This document shows positions 17,801 to 29,701 of a stretch of 64,000 nt of DNA, one piece after another; within the stretch, counting starts at the first letter, position 1, and the number at the start of each line of letters is the position of its first letter. The DNA comes from Dimorphilus gyrociliatus (lineage: Eukaryota; Animalia; Annelida). A model generated the notes under the pieces. It was given only the letters and a program-made list of their open reading frames with translations. It ran no database searches and was not told where the DNA came from. Position numbers and translations under genes: made by a program. The stretch lies in the NCBI GenBank assembly GCA_904063045.1, contig CAJFCJ010000006.1, positions 4,108,408 to 4,172,407 of the forward strand, given 5' to 3'.

Positions 17801-20338
17801 GTAAAACTTACGCTTCTTTCTCTTCCAAAAATTTCTTTTCTTGTTCAGGCATTGTTTTCGCAACTTCAGCTTTAAGTTTTTCAATCAAGTCAGCACACTT
17901 ATCCTTTTTCTCAGTAGCATTATTTGCTAAATTCTTTGCTCTTTTCATTAAGGTATCCTTATTGCATGGAAGGAAGGCCGCAAGGTGTTCAAACACAATA
18001 CGTCTTGTTCCAGCTGAAGTTACTTTACAAAACATCCATATTCTTTGGACAAAAAAAGTGATAAGTATATGATAAACAATCAAAAAATATTCTTACTTCA
18101 GTAATAAAGATGTAACTTCTTCATTTGAGAAAAATAAGCATTTTCCAGCTTTCGATTCAACAGCCAACTAATTATTAAAAAGTAACGAATAAAAACGAGT
18201 AATTTTTAAAAGCAAAATGTTCACCCTTTTTAATTTATCAATACTAGATCGTAAATCTGAGCTAATAAACGAAGGAAGCTCTGGTGCACTCGTAGGATTC
18301 TGATCCTTTTTCCATTTCGGAGTTCCTTCCTCTTTCTCCTCATTTGTTATTTGAGAGCTAGTTTTATCGTTACCATCGTCACTGCCGTTATCATTGTCAT
18401 CAGTCACTTCCTCAATATCATTAGTAGCCTTCCCTTCACTTAATTTTCTTTTTAATGATAGACCCATGCTGTTGGTGAAGGAACGATAAATCAAAATAAC
18501 GCTGATATTTGATTTACAGAGATTCACAAAAAACAGTCTTTTAGGATTCAGCAAAAAACAACACTATATACTGTAGTGCAGCCTACAGGCCTATCCTTTT
18601 TTATTATTTATACATTAGCTTCGTCAGCAAACTTTAAAAAAAAAGATATATATGTATTAGATAAGTAAAAGTATACCTTTTCTTTTTCTTCACTTTTATC
18701 AAATTATCGACAGCTTGTCTTCTCTTTTTCAAGTAGAGATCATTCTTTGATACTTTCTTTCTCATCTTTTGCCTCTCGTCAGATTCTTCTTCCGAGCTAC
18801 TCGAAGAGACGGCACCTTTTCTCTTTCCTTTTGTGATTATTAATTCTTCGTCATCTGAGTCTACTCTAAAATCGAGTTGTCCGTTATTTATATAGAAACC
18901 ACTCCATTTCGTTTTCAAGTTATGAGGGACAACTTCATCGTACTTAATAAAATTAAATAATGTTAATCCAATGAAATGAGAAGAACTAAAATATTTACTG
19001 CTTCATCGTTATCAATGAAAGAATCTTCCAAATCATAACCATTTCCGAGATCAACGAAATCGTCCATAATTCTTCTCTTCTTTTTAGCACTTGGTTTTTC
19101 ACCCTATAAATTAATATAACACGGAAATGATATTACAAATCAAGTTATTATATTTTTTTATAATTAACTTACATATTTTTCTTCAAAGCGTTTAGCAATG
19201 GCATTGAGATGAGCATCGTCGTTGTCGAGATCGTCGATTTTGTCACCATTCTTTCAAAAAAAATTTTTTTAATCTTCAATAAAGTAATACCCCGTGTGAT
19301 CTAAATGAAGAATCACTTGTCTAAAATCTATTTTAGTTCTTTACATTGTAGCTAAAAAAAATACTAAACCAGTTCTGTGACAGTATATACGAAATAGCAA
19401 ACTCGAAAAAAGCGCGCGTAACTGAGCGCATGCGCCAAGAAAATTAAATGAAGCGTGAAAGTCGATAACGATTATCATTATTACCATCATCACCAAATGT
19501 GAGTAAAGAACATCACTATACATTCTATTCAAAAAATTAGTCTGGAATTACCTTTCCTCAGCGACGAATATCATCAGTGAAAGTAACGCGGAAGTAGGAA
19601 CCACGCTATCATTAATACTTATCACCCTTTGACCGATTTAAGTATGTAACAATTCTTTAAAAATATTATGATAATACATGCAAATTATATGCGTGGCTCA
19701 TTGAGAGTACTGATAGTAGTAAAAAATTTTGCGCGCTGCTGATATTTGACAAGAGCAATCAAATGTTTTCATTAGGTAATGGGATTGTTTGAAAGTACAG
19801 AAAAAAATATTCATTTACAGACAGCCTTAACTTTAGGAATGGCAAGCGATTAAGAACAAATAAGTGTATTACAAAATTCAAACTCTCTTTTGTGACCTTG
19901 TTCTTTTATATGGTACACCAATTCCTACCACTCTATCGAACGTCCAAAATGGCTAGCATTCGAACAACATGGCGTCGTATGACCAGAAAAGCTTACTTCG
20001 ACAAGCAAATAACGATTTTCTAGAACGCGATATCACAAACTTAGAAAAAACTTAACAACTTAATCAAAGTACCGAACAAGGCCAAAACTGATAAAAAAAT
20101 CTTTTTTGTTGTTACAGACTATTAGTTTTGATCGTTTTAGACACTTTCATGAAAAATCAGAGATATTTACCTGATTCTTCTGTACGAGATCCAGCCATGA
20201 AAATTCGCATTCAGATTTGCCGTCATTGTTTTCTAATTTCACTTCAAATCTGAGCGTAATATGTTTATTCTCTTTATTCTTTGAGGTTCCATTTTGCGTA
20301 GATATCGTCGTTAGATCAACCCTCCTTGCTTGAGCCAT
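14841..20338 (-). CDS. UBN1: Ubinuclein (UBN1/UBN2/yemanuclein; HIRA histone chaperone complex)
   Basis: Exon 1 MAQARRVDLTTI...CEFSWLDLVQ resembles the UBN1 N-terminus. The Hpc2-related domain reads AIAKRFEEKY...DLGNGYDLEDSFIDNDEA-YDE...SGFYINNGQLDFR, and the middle domain reads FEHLAAFLPCNKDTLMKRAKNL...RKFRWTKE. The last two exons (to a stop at about 14841) are inferred from splice sites. UBN1 versus UBN2 cannot be resolved. Confidence 0.88.
15440..16030 (-). repeat. Coding tandem repeat (RKQQEE-type units of about 21-24 nt) inside ubinuclein
   Basis: The ORF track shows about 20 imperfect RKQQEEQL/RRKQQEE units, with a duplicated longer block LIRKQQEEQQLRKQKGELLRKQQEEQHRRQE. Confidence 0.9.
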
Positions 20339-20404
20339 TTCGGTCGTATTTGGTAACGTTTATCAGCATATTTATGCGAAAAACATTTTGTAAATCCACG
20401 ATCT

Positions 20405-20470
20405 GACTAGATGTCGCCACTCTCTAACCGGTTAAACAAACCGGTGTATCATCACATGAGAGGTCACATG
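20405..20470. promoter_or_regulatory. Motif cluster just upstream of the ubinuclein ATG
   Basis: It contains CTCF-like GACTAGATGTCGCC (20405-20418), palindromic TAACCGGTTA (20425-20434, Grainyhead-type AACCGGTT), a second AAACCGGT, and two TCACATGA E/M-boxes within 70 bp. Function is inferred only. Confidence 0.4.
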
Positions 20471-20871
20471 ACAAAGTCTTTTCCGCTAGTTTCTTTCCCC
20501 TTGTCATTATTTGTTTGACTTTTACTTAATGTAAATAAAGTGCTGGATTAACTTAAGCTAATTTTATTATTAGCTCATTCTATTATAACACTATTAAATC
20601 ATTCATTTTTTATAAGATAAAAAAAACGCAAGATATGAAAATGTTTACATTTTATTCGCTAATAAAAGTGTATCAACATATAACAACATAGTTTTTCATA
20701 AAGTAAAGATATTTGGGTCAATCCATTTTCACTGTGTTGGATTTTTCGCACCAATGAAATAAAATTGAGAACACCGACTGAAATTCCAAGGACGATGCCA
20801 AAAACACTCACACTGGAATGTCCCTATGCAGGATTGAACAACAACGACAGTATCTATACATTCGAACACAA

Positions 20872-23800
20872 CTACACTTTTGTTTCTGGACCTTCGATTC
20901 TACTACGGAAAGAATCGCGAAGATTTGACAATAAGTGTGCCATTTCGACTCCGCCTTGTCGTTTATACCAGTCACTGGAGTGACCTCTGTTTAAAAAAAT
21001 GATATATAAAACAATGTAAAGAGGATAATTAAAAACTGCAATTTGCTTACTTTATATCTACTCTATATAAACTAGTCACTAATGATTTTCCCGATCCACA
21101 AGGTTCTATTAAAAATCTCTCGGCCAAAACCACTCGACATTCTGCACCATCTTGATTTTTAGCCTTGCGATGTTGAACAGACGTTGAAACAAGGGCACAT
21201 ACTCCCTTTCCAATATCTTTTGTCCAATATCGCATCATACATATAACATTTCGGGGCATAGTTCGAGATCCTTCTAATACATAACGTATAACATCACTAT
21301 CATTCTCAGTAGTTTCCAATACTTCCGTTTCCAGTATTCTCTCATCCCATAATTGCCTCTCATGTAAAATTCGGTCTAAGACTTCATTAGGGGGCGCAGT
21401 TATTTCTGTTGAGCTTTTCCATAACCTAAGTGGATAACCATCACTGACTTTCTTCATTGAAATGTCTACACCAGGAGCTCGCATCGTTGGAACGGCACTA
21501 TCATAGTTTTTCCATTTATCAATATGCTCTTTTAATAAGACTTCAACGGCATTTTTCAAATGACCACAATCTCTAACTACTTCATAAGGCGACGGATTGC
21601 ACTGTTCAACTTTGGCAGAGCTCTCTTCAAATGTTGCCTTGGAAATTGTAAAGAGCTGTTCAGCATTTTCTATTATAAATCTTACGCAGTCGATAGCTGC
21701 TTTTTGGTCTTGCACTTCCTTGGAATCAGCCATCGTTTTACCATGCACCGTGGAGCTGGTTAAAGGTGGAAACAAGTTTGGCGCAATACAGACGGCTAAA
21801 TTATGCTCCGTCATTCCATTTGATAAATGATGGTGAGATATTTGAAGAAGAAATGTCGCTAAAGCCCTTAAAACTCGGCGATTTTCGTCTGGAAGAAGAA
21901 GGATTGAGGATTGGGCTAATTCTAGCCAACTGTCTTTTGGAAGGTCTATATAGAAAGTATTTTTTATTAAAAGCGTCTAGGTATAATATGGGTTTAATGT
22001 GTGTAAAAATACTCTTACGTTTAAAAATGGATAAGATCATTGGCGAGTATCGATTTGTAAAAAGGCATTCTGGCATCTCGCGAAAAAATGACTTGACAAG
22101 ATCGCAAGTATCCAATAAACTGCTAATTTCAAAATGATCGCGGTAGCCGCCACCACATTCGATTTCGTTTTTCATTTGTTGTATTCTTGTTTGTTGGCCA
22201 TTCTTTCGAAATAAGCCTACTGCATATGAATTAGATCGATGCTGGAGTATAAATGACATTGCTTTCGAAATAGGTTGTGGAAGAGGATCACCAGTTCGCT
22301 GTTCGATCATGTGTAAAGGGACGCCGAAAACGTGCTTCTGAGCTGCAGATGTAGTTGACTTGCATCGACGCATAAATTTTGGTACGAAACTGATTGAAGG
22401 TAAATTTAAGTTAGTTATGTGAGAATGCAAGAAAACTATTTACAATTCTATTCTATATCTAATCTACCTACCTATCCCAGTTTAATCGAGTTCCTGGAGG
22501 AGCATGAGTATCGATTCTAGACGATAGTTTCAACATGGCCATTTTTTTCAAGACTAGTAATTGACCCACACCAAGCGAGTTTAAATCAACAAAATCGGCT
22601 GTCTTTTCTTGTATTGCGTAACCTAAAAAACTATGCCAAATGGCTGCCTGCCTCCTTCTTGCACTAATAATTTGATATATAATTAGTAATAATAATTATA
22701 ATAATAATAATTAAGTATTTATTACCTAGGTGCTCTTGTTAGTGACAGACCGACACCACTATCACGGCGCTCTCGTTTTTCAGTTGTAGGCGAATGCTGA
22801 GTGTCATTTTCACTACTATCTTGTCCGCCAGATGGCGTGTAGCTAGACGCGCTGGTTTTTTCGCTTAATCTATCAATTTCTTGTTCAACTTTTCCTGTAT
22901 CGCAAGTAATTTTTGGCATTGGCATTGTGGCTGCCTGCTTTCCATTCAAGCTTTCATCTAGGGCGTTTATGTCACGTTGTAAATCTTGTAGAATCATATC
23001 AAATTGATTTTGGGTGTTATTTGATTCTGTTTCGAGATTGTCGTAAAGTGAGGACCTCTTTTGCTCATCTGATACTTCGGTATGCCCTCGATCGGGTCGT
23101 CGAACTACTTCAGCGGAGGGGTCTAGATGTAATACGCTCTCCTGAGAATCAATAGATAGATGAGAGAAGGCGGTTGTGTAAGACGAAGAATCGCTTGCAA
23201 ATGGTCGACTACTTCGTTTAGGGGTATTTACAAGTTGATGAATGGGACTAGACGGCGATGCTTCAGGCGTTGGTGAACTGCTACCCGATTTTTCTTTTTC
23301 TTTCTTTTTTTTTTTATTTTTAGAATGGCGTAACGATTCAACTCTTTTTAATATATTTTTAGCTCCTTTTAATTTTTCAGTTGCCGCTCTCCGAAGACGA
23401 GGGCTAAGAAGGCTACCAACAGTGCTTTGGGACTCTCGAACAACTTCAGGAACAACTAACTCTGTTTTGGATGGAGTTGTAGGGGAATTCTGGGTTGACG
23501 ATTGTTCTGCCGATACACTATCTCGGCTACTACAACTCCTGAGAACTTCAACGCCACTAGATGATGTTTCCATTCTTGACCACCTCCTAGAAGGTCGTTC
23601 AAAGGTCCACTTATTGGATAAGGCATAATCTTCTTCATCGGAGTCAGAAGACTAGAGTTAAAATAATTTAAATAATATTAGATAAACGTTTTAGGTCGAT
23701 GAACTTGGTCAGTTTACTTTTCTTTTTTTAATTTGGAAATAAAATGAAAGACTTAATTAACTTACGCTTTTCTTTATAGTCGGATCCAGCTTCATAGCAG

Positions 23801-26800
23801 CGCATTTGTTGAGTGTCTCTAGGCGCCTGCAAGACGTTGGTATCATTGCTTTAAAACAATTTTCGATAATGAGGATGTACGTCAGCACCGACACCTATCA
23901 GCCCTTCGCAAGGTCGCTATATTACAGTGCTGCACTTAAAAACCGGCACACCTAAGGCTCAGTTCTATCAGTGGGCCTATATATCTTTCTCGACATTATT
24001 AAACCTCGACAAATTAGTTAAATTTAGAGGAATACAAAACATATAATCCCATTTTCCCCCTATTCCTCTTGAAAGTTGATAAGTAAGACCTGGATTTATA
24101 GACGCTTCAGTTCAAGGACGAACATTTCTCGGGGTTAAACGAGGGATGAACCGAACTGGATATCAGATTCATTAAATTTGTCTGTTACCGATCGTTTCCC
24201 CTTTCATAGTTAGCAAATAATTAAGTGGATATAGTACATTTGTTTGTAAAGTGGTATAAATATTATTAATAAAGCCTTAGGGAATTTAATTCTAAATATC
24301 AACTTATAAATAATCTATTGTATGTTTATATATATACAGTATATATTATGTATTTAGTTTTTAAATTACATACCGGAATAGTGATTGAAGTTCAACGGAA
24401 TCCAAAAATTCGTGGTCCTTTTCGACTGTTGATAAATCTATCGGAAACTCGGCGGCTGGAGGAAAATGCGAAAGTTTGTAATTTTTCTTCTTTCTTGTGC
24501 ACGTAGCAAGAATCGACAGACAAAACAATGTGGGCATGTTTTGTTTTGATTACGGTAAACTGTATCTACCGCATGATAATCATTAAATTTCTTAAAAATC
24601 CAATATTTTATTGCACAAGGCACAGTCCTCTCTCTCTCGTTCCTCTCACTCTTTTCAATACGCAATCGTGAGCCTTCATAGTTATAGGCCTACACACTCT
24701 TTTTTTTATCGAACTCTTAATAGCCAGCAGTCGCGTCAAACCCAAAAATAGAAAGAGACGACAACGAATGAGAGAGAGAGGTTTTCCTTTTACGATTTGT
24801 TTTTTAAATTCAACGCTTTTTTTGGCTTACAAAACCCATAGGCCTAACCTCCATCGCTGACAATAGTTTTCCTTTTACGAAAGGTTGATTTCGATAATTT
24901 TCTTCTTTTAACTGATGGAAAGAAGACGGACAAAGATTTCCACATAGTTCTCCACCACCGCCGTCTGAAGAACAAGTGCAGCGAGCGTAAAAGATTGCTC
25001 GGGCTGGCAGACGGGCAACAGACAGGCATCGCGCTCTCTTGCTCTTTTCTCACTTTATTTCTACTTCTTCTTTACCTCTCTTTTTTTATCTTGTCTAATT
25101 TAACATCCCTCTGACTTGAAAATTTTAAACTGACAACTTAACATTCGTCATCAATTAAGTTAAGCGTAAATTTTTACCGGCATTTCCTTTTTTCTTTTCT
25201 CTACAACCCTTGTCTTCGTTAGACACCCCCTAACTGCTAAAAGATAGGCTTAAATTAAGACAAGAACATTCCTCAATAATCGTCTGACCATCTACCGACC
25301 CCGGCTAATTCGACTATTTACTCTACATCTGAATTCGATATAGGCTCTTTCCAAACCGGCGGCCCTTTTCCGATAAGAAAGGCCGAGTATAAGCAAAAGA
25401 CAGATGGCGCTTTTTTAGAAAAGCATATACCATGTGCAGGATAGGTTGATATAAGAGGGGGGATGGATACTAAGGATGATTTTTCAGGCCACGAGAGAGT
25501 ATGATAAGAATAAAAAACATGAAATAATGCACATACCTTCATATAATTGAGAGTATTGAGGAAAACCGGCAGCCCGCAGCCACTTGCACGCTTCGGCAGC
25601 TTCGATTTCTGTTTGTAGAATGATATAGACGGTATGTATAATTAGAAAACGAAACCAAAACGACATTAATTATACATAAACGGAATCCTATATATCCAAT
25701 ATAACTTACGACGTTTGCGCTTATAACGTCGTCTACTCCAAGAACAAGACGATTCACCGTTTCCCATAACATATCACGTCCTAAATGCAGAATAAACTGA
25801 GCTAACATCGACGACGACGTCATCGGTGTAACGAATGACGTCACGACCCTATATATAGCTCGAGCGTTTCTTCTCAGCGATGGAATGTTATGCGAAGACG
25901 GGGTAGACGCCCGCGTGACGTCAGGTTTCCAAGGTAACTAGTTGGTTTGGTACACTGAATTTTTCGGTCTCTCTGCTACAGTGCGTCTCAAAAAACAAAA
26001 TCATCCGGCAACGGGCAAAATCATGAGAAAAAATACCAGAACGGAATAATTTTTCACAGTATTTATGATTAGGCCTAGTTGAAGCTCATCGCAATTACTT
26101 AAATTGTTACTCATTAACAGCCTCTTCCACCAAATGACCTATCGTAGTGAAGCGCCATCTACATGACAACATTCTGTTAGCGCCTCCCCTTTCTTACTGT
26201 CTCTCGCTTCCTTTTATAATCGAACTATGATGGAAAAAAAAACACGATTCGAACCGACCACCGACGAAGGCATAAAAGCTATTTATTGTACTATTTTCAT
26301 CTAGAAGTACTATTCTCTTTCTTCTTCAACTATAACCTCCTGATTCTCACGCATTCGCACAGACATACACTACCACTCACGCTTTTACTCCCTATAGCCT
26401 TTTTATTTTCAAGTCGAAAAATATCCCCAAATCTATTCGACTGTTATCTTATCGCAATAAAACTCTCAGGGAATGCCATAGTAAAAAAAAATTTTTAGAC
26501 CTATACTATGTGAGTGCGAATACCTGAAATGGCGAAGGTAAGCGGGAATAACCAAGTAGGCGGCCTGCAATTATTAGAGACAAAATATTGGGAATTATTG
26601 GTAGTATTATCCTCTCTATTTTCCAGCTCGCTATTGTTCGAAAGAGGGTGTTGATACACGAGTAATTCGCCCATATCTTCCGGACTTTTCATCATACGCG
26701 ACCAGCGCGACATGCAACACTCGCCGTTTTAGCCTGTTAGACTGGCGGCGTACAGCGCCACTTTTGTTTACGCCTGGCACATGGATCGTGTTTAAACGAT

Positions 26801-29701
26801 CAACTCTGACCCCTCTGAATTAAAGAATCGTATAGCCACTCCCTCTCGCGGAGAAGTTTTCTCGACGACTAATTATAATTGCGAATTTTCCGCCACCTCT
26901 CTCTCTCTCCCTGCTTTTTCCCTGCAATCTTGCTGCTTATCCATTAGCGTCTACCATACAACTTATCTTTTTGTGTGCACATTTCGATCGACTATTTCTC
27001 ACGGGTATAGATGATATTTTTCTCGGTTATTTACAACATTAGAAATTAGTAGTTACCTGCTAGATGTCGTTCTCTGTGGCCCTTAAAAACCTTATCGATA
27101 GTACTACTCCTAGCGCCTCTCAATCTCTCGCTAAAACTCCTGGCCCATTTGAATTCTTTTAATCTAACCGACGTACTTCCATTCACCTCCAACTTATCCT
27201 TGCTAACACATAGCATATTCGTAGTCCGACAAAACGCTCCCTCGCATCCTCACCAACTGCAACGGCGGCAATGCGCGCGGCGGCAACGCGCAGCAAAGTG
27301 CACCTAATGACGCCAGGCATTCGCAATGACTGCGGTCGTCGGGAATAATACTATCTATACTTATTTTTCTTCGTTCGATGCATTTATTCTTTTTCATAGT
27401 AACTAGAATTATATTCTCTGCTAAACACCTTCATTTCGATAGGGAGTGAATAGAGGGAAAAAAAATAAATGACGAGGTTTTTTTTGTTAAAAAAAAAACG
27501 CTTGCTACTCGGTAAAGAAAACAAAACGGGCATTTTTTTTCCTTGGATTATATAAAAGTTAGAATTTTTTTTTGTTAGTTCTTAGTCAGCAAAATGCCGC
27601 CGTTAACAGCGAACATCTCACGTCAAAACAGACTGTCAGTGCGGTTCGGATTATATTTTCGCCAATATAAACAAAAACAGTTACACCTCTACATAACAAG
27701 CCAATAACATGAAAACGTCAGTTATCGAATCCATCGGCTTAAGTTCGTCGCTGTTTTTTTGCATTCGCTTTGCATTTGTATAGACGCTCTATAACGACGA
27801 TCCTATTCTAAGAGGATATCCGTGTAGTAAGTTTTCTAATTAAAGCCACTTCAACTGTGTAGGAAACGTCGAGAGGACTTTTGCGATTCACACGGTCGTC
27901 GACCCCGTCTTAATTTTTTTAGCAAAGAAATGGTAACGAGCATAACTATAAAGGCTACCGACGAGCCGTGGTATCGTGATTACATTAGCCGCAAATTGTT
28001 AAAGCCTCAGGTCTAGTAGCAATTATCCCAATCAAAGTCCCCAGATTCAACCTCTACTCTTTTATATCACCTGCCTAAGGTTTTTCCTTTACGTAAACCC
28101 GTCTTTTTTATCTTTTACGAAAGAAACTAGTTGTAGTAATATCGAGTCATCTGAATCAACAAATAAGTTAGGCGCTAAACACCATGTTTCGGCTCTTGTA
28201 ACAACAAACTGGATATATTAGCCTTACGATATAAGAAGGTATATATACATAAAATGTAAATATATATATATAAAGCTATGTAGGGATAACATATATGTAA
28301 ACAAACATCTACGCAACATACACTTATACTATATATAAATATTATATATATATAATTATGTATATATATATATAAATACGATATAAACGTATCTATATGT
28401 CTAGGTAAACATATATTCACTGATATACATATTTATGCTATAAATATTGTTTAGTGGCCATGTTCATTTTTATCCCTTCATACATACTTTTAACCTACAT
28501 GTATCTGGGTATATGTATATGAAGTATAATAATATACAAATGTTGAATATGAAAACATAGAAAGGTCATTTTACCAGTTGTAAATTAGGTGGAGTCATAT
28601 ATGAGGATAATATAATTGTCGAATTGCGGAGAGAAAATATAGACAGAAAATAGTATTACAAACCTGCAGCCTCATTTCTGGCGTTTGTTTGCTTGACCTG
28701 TAAAAATCAAAAAATATATTTATATAACGTTTACTTTTTTAAACTATTCCTCCCATTAACTAATATCCTACTTCATTCCCCCCATAAATATTATTTATTG
28801 CAAAATATTAAATCTCTCTAGTGATTGCGCCATCTATCGGAAACAGGAACCCCTTATTACTGTCCTTCCGGACGGTTATTGAGCTAAATCGTACGAATTT
28901 TTCATTAAGTTTATTCACATGGCTCACACATTGAGCTTTGGCGAGCATATTTTCGCTTATCATGTAGGAAATACTTGCCAGCCTATCGTCATCTGCTGTC
29001 CACGAAACGCATTTAGATTGCGGTAATCTTCTTATCAGTTTTGGCGAAGTAACTTGAACGAAACCGTCACTTTTTGAATGCGATAATGTTGATGAAAGAT
29101 TATCATCTACAAGTCTCGATCTATAATCAGCATTATTATATTGAGTAGGATAAAATCGTTTATGAAGTGAATCTAGGAGTGAATTTCCACCATATTCAGA
29201 CCCTTCCGATGAAGCTGAATGGAGTCCATTACTTGATGAATTTGATGAAAAGACAGTGTCATCGTTTTCGGAATCACAATTCGAATCTTCTGCTATAGAA
29301 GGCAGCAGAGTCGTTTTGTATTTTTTATTCCAACAGTTGGCGCTCTTTTCTCGCTCGATTTCGGTTTCGGTTTTCTCCTCAAAATCATCATCTTTATTAT
29401 GATCATTAAATTGTGATGGTGATTTAATGGTGTATAAATCCTGAATGCAATTTTTACAGAGAATTGGATCAGTGCACTTGTGTTTACAAAGTGTCTTCTG
29501 ACTAGACTGTTCCTTTTCTATTCTCATTGGTTTCACAGTCCTTATGGGTTTAACTGTAGCGATTTTAGGAGTTGCCTTTACAGTGAACGATGGACGTTGA
29601 CCGCTCTTTAAACGTGCTTCATGGCTAAGGCAACTAGATGCGTCTAGTGCACAGTCATCCGGTGGCCTCCCAGTATAGTATTGAATCGACGCCGACGTCA
29701 T
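20872..29701 (-). CDS. STARD13: DLC1/STARD13/STARD8-family RhoGAP (SAM-RhoGAP-START)
   Basis: The SAM domain is split over exons 25608-25537 (IEAAEACKWLRAAGFPQYSQLYE), 24455-24374 (AEFPIDLSTVEKDHEFLDSVELQSLFR) and about 23826-23766 (RLETLNKCAAMKL). It also has a Ser-rich region with PRLRRA..KLKGAKNILKRVESL, a RhoGAP domain (VFGVPL, arginine finger GLFRKNG, NGMTEHNLAVC), a START domain (LRLWK..TEI.APP.EVL.RIL.ER.LWD) and a C-terminus ...DSFRSRIEGPETKV* at 20872. The N-terminus is ambiguous because of several candidate first exons. Confidence 0.95.
25710..25767 (-). CDS. Candidate alternative first coding exon of the DLC RhoGAP: MGNGESSCSWSRRRYKRKR
   Basis: ATG at 25767, a perfect gtaagt donor at 25709-25704, and a phase-1 join into the SAM exon (c|aa atc gaa = QIEAAEAC). 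This frame is not in the ORF track. Confidence 0.55.
25816..25938. promoter_or_regulatory. CRE/TATA/X-box cluster (candidate internal promoter of DLC)
   Basis: Two perfect TGACGTCA sites (25836-25843, 25916-25923), a near-CRE GACGTCA (25816-25822), TATATATA (25850-25857) and an RFX X-box-like GTTTCCAAGGTAAC (25925-25938). Confidence 0.5.
28230..28440. repeat. (TA)n-rich low-complexity tract
   Basis: Interrupted TATATA runs. Similar tracts occur at about 9460-9620 and 34750-35020. Confidence 0.7.

Noticed and set aside
19665-19725. Box C/D snoRNA-like segment ATGATAA...CTGA with a short terminal stem
   Set aside because: The C box is imperfect, the element is too short and antisense to the host gene, and I recognise no rRNA-complementary guide.
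21766-22137. + strand ORFs overlapping DLC, LANCL, DUOX and the large genes (e.g. 21766-22137, 23242-23628, 38396-38719, 44741-44974)
   Set aside because: They are antisense to well-supported conserved CDS and have no motifs of their own, as expected for shadow ORFs.
28808-28860. ORF tail GFLFPIDGAITREI resembling the DLC SAM segment DFLFPID..., possibly a duplicated exon
   Set aside because: The true SAM exon is at 24455-24374. This match shares only a 12-mer, ends in a stop and lies beyond a phase-compatible donor, so it is most likely coincidence.
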